Source: Calditrichia bacterium (GTDB lineage Bacteria > Calditrichota > Calditrichia > RBG-13-44-9 > J075). Taken from it: a stretch of DNA of 64,000 nt. The notes below the pieces were generated by a model. It did not search any database. It saw nothing but the letters and a program-made list of their open reading frames with translations, and was not told where the DNA came from. Shown piece by piece: positions 47,288-56,500 of the stretch (positions within the stretch are counted from its first letter, which is position 1; every line of letters starts with the position of its first letter). Made by a program: the position numbers and the translations under genes. The DNA lies in the NCBI GenBank assembly GCA_028284905.1, contig JANQQU010000003.1, positions 1 through 64,000 on the forward strand. The letters run 5' to 3'.

Positions 47288-48028
47288 TCAGGGTAATAAA
47301 GGCGCAAAGGGATCCTGATGGTGAAAAAGTTCATTCAAATCTTTTCCGGCAACAACATCGCGAACATAGACTTCGGCAAGCTTACTCTTATGCCGCGTCG
47401 AAATTTTTACGCCTGTCGATATTGTCATCCACTCTTCCCAGCTAAATTTTAACCCGCCAAAAGGCAACATAGATACCCACATTTGCCAGTGCGTTGGCAA
47501 TCCATCCTCTCCAACAATCCAAAGATAACTATCCCCGGGAGTAACACCGCCACTTTGATAAGTAATCAGCAATCCTTTGCCACCATCTTCCAGGTCTACA
47601 ATGCTGCGAACAGTACCATCGTCAAACAGTTTGGAGATTGGGTTGAGCCAAAAAGAATCATTCGCCCAAATGCTCCATCCTTTCTTTACTAGTTCATCAG
47701 CAGCTTCTCCCGATACCGGCGCACCATTCTGAAAAGCGATGCCGCTTCGCTGATTAATGTTTACCAGCGCTTCATTGTCTTCCCAGCGTACCCGGGCGAA
47801 ATGGCGATCTTTGTCCCATAACACTTCATGAATACCCCGAAAGTTCCAGCTGATAGCACCGGTGCTGTCCCATTGCGCATGGTTTATTGCCTGCATCATC
47901 TTTTTTGCCAGCGCATCTGCTTCCGGGCCCGGCGTTCCCTCCGGTTGCGGTTCATGTAAAAAGAAATATACACCGGCGATGAATAACACAATTAGCGCCA
48001 GGATTGTGATTACTATTTTCTTGAGCAT
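47288..48028 (-). CDS. Membrane-anchored periplasmic protein of unknown function
   Basis: 246 aa. N-terminal TM (ITILALIVLFIAGVYFF), Trp-rich soluble domain. Confidence 0.45.
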   Translation of the reverse strand: MLKKIVITILALIVLFIAGVYFFLHEPQPEGTPGPEADALAKKMMQAINHAQWDSTGAISWNFRGIHEVLWDKDRHFARVRWEDNEALVNINQRSGIAFQNGAPVSGEAADELVKKGWSIWANDSFWLNPISKLFDDGTVRSIVDLEDGGKGLLITYQSGGVTPGDSYLWIVGEDGLPTHWQMWVSMLPFGGLKFSWEEWMTISTGVKISTRHKSKLAEVYVRDVVAGKDLNELFHHQDPFAPLLP

Positions 48029-48207
48029 TTTTTTTCCGTCCAGTCAGTTTCATCTGTTTTTGAGTCCCGAAATATAATTGTATTGCGCCCGGAAACAACC
48101 GGAAACATTAAAACGGGCATTCCATTCCCGCACCATTTCGAACATCATTCTGTTCCGGCAGGGACAAAAACAGCCCATTTTCTTTAAAAATAGCGCTTTT
48201 TAGCAAC

Positions 48208-48223
48208 TGGCACGGCATTCGCA
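48208..48223 (+). promoter_or_regulatory. Sigma-54 promoter candidate: TGGCACG-GCAT-TCGCA
   Basis: The -24 TGGCACG is perfect. The -12 is TCGC (GC retained) with correct spacing. It lies ~45 bp upstream of the ATG at 48267. Confidence 0.5.
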
Positions 48224-48266
48224 AAAGGCAGTGATGAAAACGAAACAGACAACGGAGGTTATCAAC

Positions 48267-48578
48267 ATGCAATATTCAAAAAAGTTATTATCGCTGATTT
48301 TCCCGGCAGTGCTTGCCGTATTAATGTTTAGCAGCTGTGCCACTCGTACCGTCTATGTTCGCACCGGCCCACCGGTAGCGAAAGTAGAGGTGCGCACCGC
48401 CAAACCTTACAATAATGCTGTATGGATTTCCGGGCATTATGTTCGTAAAGGAAATACTTATGTCTGGAAAAAAGGATACTGGACAAAACCGAAAAAAGGA
48501 TTTGTTTGGGTGCCCGGCCATTGGAAAAAATCGCGCGCTGGCTGGACCTGGAAAGCCGGCCATTGGAGACGCGCCTAG
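48267..48578 (+). CDS. YXWGXW-repeat lipoprotein
   Basis: Start at 48267 (RBS GGAGG), not the upstream GTG. Lipobox MFSSCAT. Repeats GHYVRKGNTYVW / GYWTKP / GFVWVPGHW / GWTWKAGHW. Confidence 0.6.
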   Translation: MQYSKKLLSLIFPAVLAVLMFSSCATRTVYVRTGPPVAKVEVRTAKPYNNAVWISGHYVRKGNTYVWKKGYWTKPKKGFVWVPGHWKKSRAGWTWKAGHWRRA

Positions 48579-48721
48579 GAGACACCGGCTGATGAGTTTT
48601 CCAGCTCATCAGCCGTTTTTTATTTTCCTCCCACCTACTTCCCCTGTAACGAAGAATTATCATTCAAAGAACTTCTTTAGTCGCTCACCTTCGGCAACTG
48701 CGTTTATTCATTTTTTCAAAA

Positions 48722-48807
48722 ACACCTGTGGTAGATTATTCACACCTGTGGTGGAGATTCATTGTTGAGCTACGTTGTTCGTTGTTCGTTCTTCGTCCTT
48801 CGTTGTT
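48722..48807. repeat. Direct repeat ACACCTGTGGT(A/G)GAGATT x2 followed by 5 tandem heptamers (CGTTGTT/CGTTCTT/CGTCCTT)
   Basis: Seen at 48722-48759 and 48773-48807, upstream of the lipoprotein gene at 48949. Confidence 0.45.
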
Positions 48808-48948
48808 CATTTCACATCTGTTTTTATTAAACTTAGACTCAGAACAAAAATCTCGTTTCGGTTTTGGCACAGTTTTAGACTTACTGTCTGGTGAAGTGAG
48901 TGACGCGGGCACCCGCTTTCCAAACAAACTCAGTAAAGGAGATTTCTG

Positions 48949-50412
48949 ATGAAACGCTATTTAAAGAATTTTAGACTCAACCAATTATTCCTTTTGGCCG
49001 GCCTGTTATTTTTCCTGAGCAGCTGTGAAAATACGGTCGACCCTCCCGATGATAATAACAACCCGGATTTTTCCGTCAATGCCGGTGTAAAATCGACTGC
49101 CCAGTTTGGCTGGCAAATGATGCATCAGGTAAATACCAGTCGCCAGTTTAACGACATCCTCGAAGGGGAGGATGGTGCCGTTACTGATGAAATGGGCATG
49201 ATCAACACCATGGGGAAGGTTCGCAAGCAAGCGTCCAAGATGTATCAGGTTCGGGACTACGCCCGGGCAGCGAATATCATCCGGAAAGGCGCCGGCGATA
49301 GCCTGGTATGGTATGAAGAGTGGACCGATCCGGAAAGTGGTATCTCCGGACGGCGTGGTTTATTTTATGATCCGGAAAGCGGCAACGCTCGCATCTACGA
49401 AGTTATCTTCGATTTTCCAGCGGACGTGGAAATTAGCTACGATTCCACCAGTGTAGCAGCATTCCTGGGGCCGGATTTAAATGATGATAGCGATGACCGG
49501 GTACTTTCGCTGGATAAGGAAACTCGTTTTAACCCAGGCTTTCAATTGATCAGTGTTCTCAGCAATGTCACCCCAACCGCCTATGATGACGACAACGAAA
49601 TCATCAGTGCGACGGCAGAAAACATTGTTAATTATGCCGGTGAGGCCGAATTAAGCAAGTTGACGCAAAACGCTGAGTTCAACCATGAAGAGAACAGCAC
49701 TTTCAGCGAGCTGCTCGAATTTCGAGATAACACCACTCACAGCCGCTCCATCACTTTCTATCCCAGCAACACCGGTATTTTTTCCGAATCCTGGCGCGAT
49801 GGCAGCACCGTCACCGGCGACTTTGACGATTTTGAAGATGATAACCAGGGCTCGGTAAATCGTATTATCAATTTTGCCAGCAATCCGCTGGTCACCCGTC
49901 TGGAGCAGGGTGCTGCCTACGCACTCAACCCGGATGATTCTTCCAGCACTGCCACCCTCACTGAAATCATCGACTTTACCACCGGCAATGTGGATTCTAC
50001 CAAAGTTAACCTGCAGCGCCGCATGGAAGACGGATTTTGGAGAGAGTATTTAACCATTCGCACCAACAATGAAGGCCAGGCCTCGCTGAAGATTTCCTAC
50101 TTCGATGAATACAAGGAGATCGAGGCCGAGCATATCGATACCGAAGATCGCTACTATCGCCTCAATGCAGTGGAATATCCCGATGGCAGCGGCGAACTCT
50201 GGCTGAAAGTTTATACCTCACAAGCCAGCTATAATAATGGCGATGCGCCGATTTACACCTTGCACATCATCTACGGCCCGGATGGCAGCGGTAGTGGCGA
50301 GCTTGCCGATGGAAATACCACCTACCAGGTAACACTTTCCGCGGACGGTGAAATCGAGGTCGTGAATAATACCGGCGAAAGCGAAGCATTCAGCGCCTAT
50401 AGCAGCAATTAA
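48949..50412 (+). CDS. Lipoprotein of unknown function
   Basis: 487 aa. Signal peptide with lipobox LSSCEN. No recognisable catalytic motifs. Confidence 0.5.
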   Translation: MKRYLKNFRLNQLFLLAGLLFFLSSCENTVDPPDDNNNPDFSVNAGVKSTAQFGWQMMHQVNTSRQFNDILEGEDGAVTDEMGMINTMGKVRKQASKMYQVRDYARAANIIRKGAGDSLVWYEEWTDPESGISGRRGLFYDPESGNARIYEVIFDFPADVEISYDSTSVAAFLGPDLNDDSDDRVLSLDKETRFNPGFQLISVLSNVTPTAYDDDNEIISATAENIVNYAGEAELSKLTQNAEFNHEENSTFSELLEFRDNTTHSRSITFYPSNTGIFSESWRDGSTVTGDFDDFEDDNQGSVNRIINFASNPLVTRLEQGAAYALNPDDSSSTATLTEIIDFTTGNVDSTKVNLQRRMEDGFWREYLTIRTNNEGQASLKISYFDEYKEIEAEHIDTEDRYYRLNAVEYPDGSGELWLKVYTSQASYNNGDAPIYTLHIIYGPDGSGSGELADGNTTYQVTLSADGEIEVVNNTGESEAFSAYSSN

Positions 50413-50442
50413 AACAGACTTTTGTTACCTCATCATCCCAAA

Positions 50443-50481
50443 AATTCCCGGGGAGATGCTACTTCCCGGGAATTGAATTTT
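50443..50481 (+). terminator. Intrinsic terminator (AATTCCCGGG-N12-CCCGGGAATT + GAATTTT)
   Basis: Perfect 10-bp stem immediately after the 48949-50412 gene. Confidence 0.65.
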
Positions 50482-50553
50482 AGACGAGAATTTCCTTGAA
50501 AGGCATATGATGTTCTCATACATTCAACGTATCATTAAAAGACAATCGCTTAA

Positions 50554-51882
50554 ATGAGACACTTTATTCTACATTTCTCCCTCTGCATCTTAATGCTGAC
50601 AATTTCCCTGCAGGGGCAGGCGCAAAATGAACGGACGTTGCTGGTAGAAGCCATTCAATATGATGGCAATACCAAAACGAACGCGTCTGTGATTCGCAAC
50701 TACCTGACCATCCAGGAAGGGCTGCCAATAACCAAACAGCAGTTAGCGGATGATGAACAACGGTTGCGCCAAACCAATTTCTTTCAGGATGTAGAAATAC
50801 TGATTATGCCGGGTAGCGGGCAGGCGCAGGCGGTCGTCACCGTAAAAGTGAAAGAGCGACGTTGGCCTTATCTTCAGTTCAAGAGCGGATTCAATGAGCT
50901 GGACGGCTGGTACATTAGTCCCCTGGGCGTACGGTTGGACAACCTTACCGGCCATGGCAATTATTTGGGGTATGAGTTTCTTCTCGGTGATCGCTTTGTC
51001 GGTTCTTATTTTGATTTTGTTATGCCTTTCCTTGCTGGCACGGAATACAATCTAAATGCGCAAGTTCTCGGAGAGCGCCGCAATTTTATTCATTTTGTTG
51101 AGCAGGAAAGATTTGGGCAGGATGTTACCTTTGCCGGGCTAATGTTAGGCGTCAATGGCAACAGTGGACTGGCAAAGCTTTTTTCCGTAGCTGTCCGGGC
51201 AGAAAATGTGCGGGCAGACAGCATACTGAAAACTTTTCCCAACGATTCCCTGGTAATTCCATCGCCGGAATTTCTCTCTCCTTACGATGAAGATCACGGG
51301 ATCTTCAAATTTATCGCATCAATGAATATCGATACCCGTGACCGTCAGGTGAACCCGTCGAGTGGCTGGTGGGGCAGCCTGACGTTCGAGCGTGCCGCGA
51401 TGAACCGTAGTCAAACCGATTCGATACAAAATTTCAATCGTTTTATTATCGACCTCCGCCGCTATCAACCCATCTGGAAAGGGTTAACCGGCGCTATCCG
51501 TTTGAAGTATGCCGAATCCAGTGAAAATGCACCGTTTTTTGAGAGATTCTATCTCGGGGGGCCGAACTCTTTACGCGGTTATGAAGATCGAATTCTGACG
51601 CCGGACGGATACGCCTCGCATCTCTCCCAGGCCAGTGCGGAGTTGCGATTTCCACTCTCGGCGCGCCTGAAAGATAAAAGCCGTTTATCCGGCGTACTCT
51701 TCTACGATGCTGGCTATGCCTGGAATGATCCCGAGAAATGGACATTCGACAAATTGAAAACCGGGCTGGGTTTTGGCGCCCGGGTGCGAATGCCGGTTGT
51801 TGGTCTGCTCCGCCTGGATTTTGCTTATCCGATTCCCAGTTATGATTTCCGGTTCCACTTGTCGTTGGGACATACATTTTAA
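50554..51882 (+). CDS. Omp85-family outer-membrane protein (single POTRA + surface-antigen D15 barrel; BamA/TamA-like)
   Basis: 442 aa. Signal peptide, POTRA-like N-terminus, C-terminal barrel ending ...FRFHLSLGHTF. Confidence 0.7.
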   Translation: MRHFILHFSLCILMLTISLQGQAQNERTLLVEAIQYDGNTKTNASVIRNYLTIQEGLPITKQQLADDEQRLRQTNFFQDVEILIMPGSGQAQAVVTVKVKERRWPYLQFKSGFNELDGWYISPLGVRLDNLTGHGNYLGYEFLLGDRFVGSYFDFVMPFLAGTEYNLNAQVLGERRNFIHFVEQERFGQDVTFAGLMLGVNGNSGLAKLFSVAVRAENVRADSILKTFPNDSLVIPSPEFLSPYDEDHGIFKFIASMNIDTRDRQVNPSSGWWGSLTFERAAMNRSQTDSIQNFNRFIIDLRRYQPIWKGLTGAIRLKYAESSENAPFFERFYLGGPNSLRGYEDRILTPDGYASHLSQASAELRFPLSARLKDKSRLSGVLFYDAGYAWNDPEKWTFDKLKTGLGFGARVRMPVVGLLRLDFAYPIPSYDFRFHLSLGHTF

Positions 51883-51904
51883 CTTATTTTTGTAGAACAC
51901 TAAA

Positions 51905-52582
51905 ATGGTTGTGCTCTTGAAGCATTGCTATCGAACATTATTACTGCTGATATTCCTGTTGCTGTTTACCGGCGTTTACATGCCCTCACGGCAGTCACCG
52001 GATATTACAGTAACTCCGCTGCTGGAAAATGACAGCCTGATGTGCGAAATATCCTGCCCGGAATTGATTGTCGGGGATGTCCGGCAGACATTGCTATCCG
52101 GGTTGCCGGTGCTGCTGGAATTTATTCCGGAGATCACCGTTGGGGAAACAGCCACACGGCGCCTCTCCAGTTTCAAATACCGCTTAACGTACGACATCTG
52201 GGAAGACCGCTACCGGGTGGAAGGCAGGGAGCAGGACAAGTATTTTACCAGTCTGGAAGCGCTGCAGAATTACTGGGCGCCCCTTAAGAATTTATTCCTT
52301 GTTTCGGTTGGTCAATTTGCACCGGCAGAGAAAATAGTACTGGATGTCCGCCTTAAAGTGACCTTGCTTACCCGCAACCAGGGTGAAAAACTAAAGGATT
52401 GGATTTCCAATGCCCATGAAACGGAAGAAAATCGTCCGACCCTCGACCGTGATACCGGTTTTAAACTGAACCTGAACCGTTTTATCTCTCTGTTTTTCAA
52501 TAAATCCGATGTTGATGAAAACTATCAATCCCGAACGAAATCTCCAGCTTTTACCCTTACCGGCTTGCGGAAAGATCAATAA
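51905..52582 (+). CDS. DUF4390-family protein
   Basis: 225 aa. N-terminal TM/signal and a sequence pattern consistent with DUF4390. Gene follows the Omp85 gene. Confidence 0.45.
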   Translation: MVVLLKHCYRTLLLLIFLLLFTGVYMPSRQSPDITVTPLLENDSLMCEISCPELIVGDVRQTLLSGLPVLLEFIPEITVGETATRRLSSFKYRLTYDIWEDRYRVEGREQDKYFTSLEALQNYWAPLKNLFLVSVGQFAPAEKIVLDVRLKVTLLTRNQGEKLKDWISNAHETEENRPTLDRDTGFKLNLNRFISLFFNKSDVDENYQSRTKSPAFTLTGLRKDQ

Positions 52583-52750
52583 TTCTTCCGGCAAAAAGGT
52601 GCCACATTCTTTCCTGCCTCTATTTCCATCAGACATACAATCGCTTAATAAACAAGTATTTAAAGATTGCTAGAAATAGCAATCCAAACATAATCAGTTG
52701 CAATATTAGTCTTACCCAGAAACAGCCTGCCCCTCATCTAAACCTTTGTT

Positions 52751-52799
52751 TAAATGAGGTTTACAACGATTCTTTTTTTTGGCAGACTTTTTGTTGAAT
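52751..52799 (+). terminator. Weak terminator candidate (CCTCATCTAAAC-cttt-GTTTAAATGAGG ... T8)
   Basis: Stem present, but the T8 run is 12 nt away from it. Confidence 0.3.
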
Positions 52800-52891
52800 A
52801 CGTTTATAAGTAACGTATCTCGGTTAGGCCGTATACGAAAAACGGATTGCCATACGCTGAAGAAAAACGAACTGTTGATGGGGTGTTTCTG

Positions 52892-55006
52892 ATGAAGGAA
52901 AAAGTAAAAAACAAGGAACTAAGCTGGCTTTCTTTTAACGGTCGATTATTACAGGAGGCTAACGACCCCTCGGTACCACTTGTCGAACGATTTAAATTTT
53001 TAGGCATTTTTTCCTCCAATCTGGATGAATTTTTTCGGGTACGGGTCGCTATTCTTCGCCGCTTAAAAAAACTGGGAAAAAAGGCCATTAAAGTGGTGGG
53101 GGGAGATCCCAAGGAGATCTTACAAACCATCTATGAGACCGTGCTGGCGCAACAGGCAGAGTTCGATAAAATTTATCAGGAGCTGCTCAAATTACTGGCA
53201 ACTAAAAACATTTTCATTCTGGATGAGAATGGTCTGGATGCAGCTCAGCAAACATACGTCCGCAACTTTTTCCGGCAAAAAATCCGCCCTCTCTTAATTC
53301 CTTTGATGATCGATCAGATTGAAGACTTTCCGGATCTGAAAGATCATTCCATCTACCTGGCGATTCGCATGAGTAAATCTTCTGATGCAACACGATACAA
53401 ATATGCCTTAATCGAAGTACCAACCAACCTGACCTCTCGTTTTGTCATCCTGCCGGAAAGCAATGGCAAAAAATTCATTATGCTATTGGATGATGTCATT
53501 CGATTTTCCCTGAAAAATATATTCTCGATTTTTCAATTCGATCAGTTTGAAGCATATACCATCAAATTGACCCGGGATGCGGAACTTGATTTGGATGATG
53601 ATATTTCCGAAAGCTTCCTGCGAAAAATGTCGAAAGGACTGGCGCAACGCAAGAAAGGAAATCCGGTGCGCTTCATTTATGATCAGGCGATTCCGGAAGA
53701 CTTCCTAAAATACCTGACAACCCGCTTACGGGAACAGAAAAAGCTCGAAGATAATCTTATTCCCGGAGGCCGCTATCATAATTTTAAAGATTTTATTCAG
53801 TTCCCGAACCTTGGCTCCCCGGCCCTGGTATACAAAGCAGCACCCCCGCTGCCGCACCCGCTGCTTGTCGGCAGTGCAAGCATTTTCGAGAAAATCCGTG
53901 AACAGGACATTCTCCTTCATTATCCATATCAGACCTTCAACTACATCATCGATTTTCTGCGGGAGGCGGCTATTGATCCCCATGTCGTTTCCATTAAGGT
54001 GACCCTTTACCGGGTGGCCCGCGATTCTAATGTAATTAACGCGCTGATTAATGCTTCCCGTAATGGAAAACATGTAACGGTGATGATGGAACTCCAGGCC
54101 AGATTCGACGAAGAAGCCAACATCCACTGGTCGCGGCGTCTGCAGGAAGAGGGCGTCCATGTGATTCACAGTTCCCCCGGCTTTAAAGTGCATTCCAAGC
54201 TTATTCTGGTTAAGCGCAAAGTGAGAAAGAAGGTCACCCTCTATGCTAATATTGGCACTGGAAACCTGCATGAATCGACTGCGAAACTATATAGTGACCA
54301 TGCCTTGCTTACTGCAGATCCGCGCTTGACCAATGAGGTGCGGAAGGTATTCGAGTCCCTGGAAAATAATTTCAATCGTTACGTTTATCGCCATTTGCTG
54401 GTATCTCCCTTTAATATGCGCCAAAAACTGAATAAACTGATCGATACGGAAATTAAAAATGTCGGTAAAGGAAATCCGGCATACATCTTTGTAAAACTGA
54501 ACAATCTCACCGATCCCAAAATTATTGGTAAGCTTTATGAGGCCAGCCAGGCCGGTGTGGAAATTCGTTTGATGGTAAGAGGAATGTTCTCGCTAATTCC
54601 CGGCATAAAAGGGATGAGCGAGAACATCAACGCGACCGGCACCATCGATCGCTTTCTGGAACACACCCGGATTTTTGTTTTCTGCCATAGCGGCAATGAA
54701 AAGTATTATCTTTCCTCGGCAGACTGGATGCCGCGTAACCTCGACCGGCGCATTGAAGTAGCTGCGCCTATTTACGACAAAACATTGCAAAAGGAAATTA
54801 AAGATTTTCTCAACATCCATTGGCGGGATAATGTGAAAACGCGCTTATTAAACAAAAGACTGGATAATCAATACTTTCGCAACGGTAAAGACATCCGGGT
54901 TCGCGCGCAGACGTTATTGTATCGTTATTTTCAGGATAAACTAAAACCGGCCCCGGAAGCACCTGCAGAGAAAGTACCGGAAGAAAAAACGGAAGTAATC
55001 GTTTAA
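52892..55006 (+). CDS. ppk: Polyphosphate kinase 1
   Basis: PPK1 N, H and C1/C2 (PLD-like HxK) domains throughout, including EASQAGVEIRLMVRGMFSL. Start taken at the Met at 52892. Confidence 0.95.
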   Translation: MKEKVKNKELSWLSFNGRLLQEANDPSVPLVERFKFLGIFSSNLDEFFRVRVAILRRLKKLGKKAIKVVGGDPKEILQTIYETVLAQQAEFDKIYQELLKLLATKNIFILDENGLDAAQQTYVRNFFRQKIRPLLIPLMIDQIEDFPDLKDHSIYLAIRMSKSSDATRYKYALIEVPTNLTSRFVILPESNGKKFIMLLDDVIRFSLKNIFSIFQFDQFEAYTIKLTRDAELDLDDDISESFLRKMSKGLAQRKKGNPVRFIYDQAIPEDFLKYLTTRLREQKKLEDNLIPGGRYHNFKDFIQFPNLGSPALVYKAAPPLPHPLLVGSASIFEKIREQDILLHYPYQTFNYIIDFLREAAIDPHVVSIKVTLYRVARDSNVINALINASRNGKHVTVMMELQARFDEEANIHWSRRLQEEGVHVIHSSPGFKVHSKLILVKRKVRKKVTLYANIGTGNLHESTAKLYSDHALLTADPRLTNEVRKVFESLENNFNRYVYRHLLVSPFNMRQKLNKLIDTEIKNVGKGNPAYIFVKLNNLTDPKIIGKLYEASQAGVEIRLMVRGMFSLIPGIKGMSENINATGTIDRFLEHTRIFVFCHSGNEKYYLSSADWMPRNLDRRIEVAAPIYDKTLQKEIKDFLNIHWRDNVKTRLLNKRLDNQYFRNGKDIRVRAQTLLYRYFQDKLKPAPEAPAEKVPEEKTEVIV

Positions 55007-55021
55007 AGGACTGTACATAAC

Positions 55022-55049
55022 AAAGGGCGGATAAATTTATCCGCCCTTT
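55022..55049. terminator. Bidirectional terminator palindrome AAAGGGCGGATAAA|TTTATCCGCCCTTT between ppk and hsp20
   Basis: Perfect 14-bp palindrome between convergent genes. Confidence 0.6.
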
Positions 55050-55073
55050 GCAATCACTCGCTGAAAAACCGTT

Positions 55074-55514
55074 TTAGGAGATCTTTACGTCAATCTGTTT
55101 CGGTTTTACCACTTCAGCTTTTGGGATGTTGATGGTGAGGAGGCCATCTTTAAAAGTTGCATCAATTTTGTCGCTTTTAACCGCTACCGGCAATTTAAAA
55201 GTCCGGCGAAACTTACCATAACGACGCTCAACGCGATGCACATTGACATCTTTATTCTCAATTTCGGACTTTCGTTCGCCTTCGATGGTCAACAAACCAT
55301 CGGTAAGGGTAATGTTAACATCATCTTTTTTCAAACCGGGAAGTTCCATGTTCATCAGGAAGCCATCTTTATCCTCGGAGACATCTATGCTGGGTAACCA
55401 GCCAAAGCTATCCTGATCGAACAGGTCTGGTGAAAAGAAACGATCTACAAAACGGTTCATATCATTTTGAATCGAGAACAAATCTTTTCCAGGATTCCAA
55501 CGTACTAATGACAT
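55074..55514 (-). CDS. Hsp20/alpha-crystallin small heat-shock protein (copy A)
   Basis: 146 aa. Alpha-crystallin domain (F..W.PS.DV.E....F......LPG) and C-terminal I-x-I-like motif. Confidence 0.9.
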   Translation of the reverse strand: MSLVRWNPGKDLFSIQNDMNRFVDRFFSPDLFDQDSFGWLPSIDVSEDKDGFLMNMELPGLKKDDVNITLTDGLLTIEGERKSEIENKDVNVHRVERRYGKFRRTFKLPVAVKSDKIDATFKDGLLTINIPKAEVVKPKQIDVKIS

Positions 55515-55596
55515 GTTTCTTCCTCCTATTTCATTGGGTTAATGGTATCTATATTAAAGTAAAATTATAAGGTTATTTGCCTCCCAACTCGGAGGT

Positions 55597-56049
55597 TTAT
55601 TTTCCAACTTTCACTTTGATGCTTTTCGGTTTTACTTCTTCTGATTTCGGAAGCGTAATCGTCAATAGGCCATTCTCATAACCAGCTTCAATTTTGTCTG
55701 CATTCACACGGGTATTTACTTTAAAAGAGCGATTGAATTTGCCAAAAACTCTTTCACTACGAAGCACATTGATATTTTCGTCTTCGCTATTGCTTTTGCG
55801 CTCACCGCTAATTCTCAGCACGCTGTCTTCGAATTCTATTTTCAAATCATCTTTGCTAATGCCCGGCAATTCAGCGACCAGTAAAAACGCATCTTCAGTT
55901 TCGCGAACGTCTACTCGCGGCTGCCAATTGTGATCCGATTTTCTTTCTGTATTAACTCGAGTAGACTCATCAAAGAAAGAATTGAATACACTATCAATTT
56001 CTTTGGTAAGGCCATTTAATGAGTTGGGGTAAAAGTGAACTAATTTCAT
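55597..56049 (-). CDS. Hsp20/alpha-crystallin small heat-shock protein (copy B)
   Basis: 150 aa. Paralog of copy A. Confidence 0.9.
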   Translation of the reverse strand: MKLVHFYPNSLNGLTKEIDSVFNSFFDESTRVNTERKSDHNWQPRVDVRETEDAFLLVAELPGISKDDLKIEFEDSVLRISGERKSNSEDENINVLRSERVFGKFNRSFKVNTRVNADKIEAGYENGLLTITLPKSEEVKPKSIKVKVGK

Positions 56050-56120
56050 TGTATTTCCTCCTAAAAGGTTTTTAAAGTTTGGTTTTCAAAATTCTGCTCA
56101 TGCAGTTGCTTTTACTATTT

Positions 56121-56135
56121 ACAACCAGTGTGCCA
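56121..56135 (-). promoter_or_regulatory. Sigma-54-type promoter variant upstream of hsp20: TTGGCACACTGGTTGT (AAATAG follows)
   Basis: TGGCAC-N5-TTGT. The ~35-bp region is near-identical in layout to the pspA-operon sigma-54 promoter (TTGGCACACCTGTTGCGAATAGCACAAG vs TTGGCACACTGGTTGTAAATAGTAAAAG). Confidence 0.5.
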
Positions 56136-56277
56136 AAAACAAAACCGAAACCATAAACAACTGTTTAAAAACGACTTAAAAGAAAATGTTTTTTTAGATA
56201 CAGTTTAGGAGGTCAGAAAAAATTTCCGGCATGCGGACAGCGCTTGTCAGGGAAAATGTAACAGATTCACACCCGAC

Positions 56278-56310
56278 TGACAGTTTGGCAAAACTTGCGA
56301 CAAACTGTCA
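56278..56310. promoter_or_regulatory. Perfect inverted repeat TGACAGTTTG-N13-CAAACTGTCA (candidate enhancer-binding-protein UAS), with additional TGTCA/TGACA half-sites nearby
   Basis: 10-bp arms at 56278-56287 and 56301-56310, ~150 bp upstream of the sigma-54-type promoter. Extra half-sites at 56245, 56329. Confidence 0.45.
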
Positions 56311-56500
56311 AAACGCTGATTTCGCTACTGACAAATGTGGATATCACGGGTGGCGAGAATGCCTTCAATATATAAACATTGCCCAATGATTTTTAAAAGC
56401 CGCTCACAGGATACTCAAACGGAACTGGGTATTGAATTTCCCTCTCGCTGGCTTTACCTTCCAGAGATACCTAATGCCATTTCAAGATCGGATATTCACA

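Noticed and set aside
48180-48250. GTG start at 48231 for the YXWGXW lipoprotein as in the ORF track
   Set aside because: The downstream ATG at 48267 has a strong GGAGG RBS and yields a proper lipoprotein signal peptide (MQYSKKLLSLIFPAVLAVLMFSSC). The upstream GTG would lie within/too close to the predicted sigma-54 promoter.
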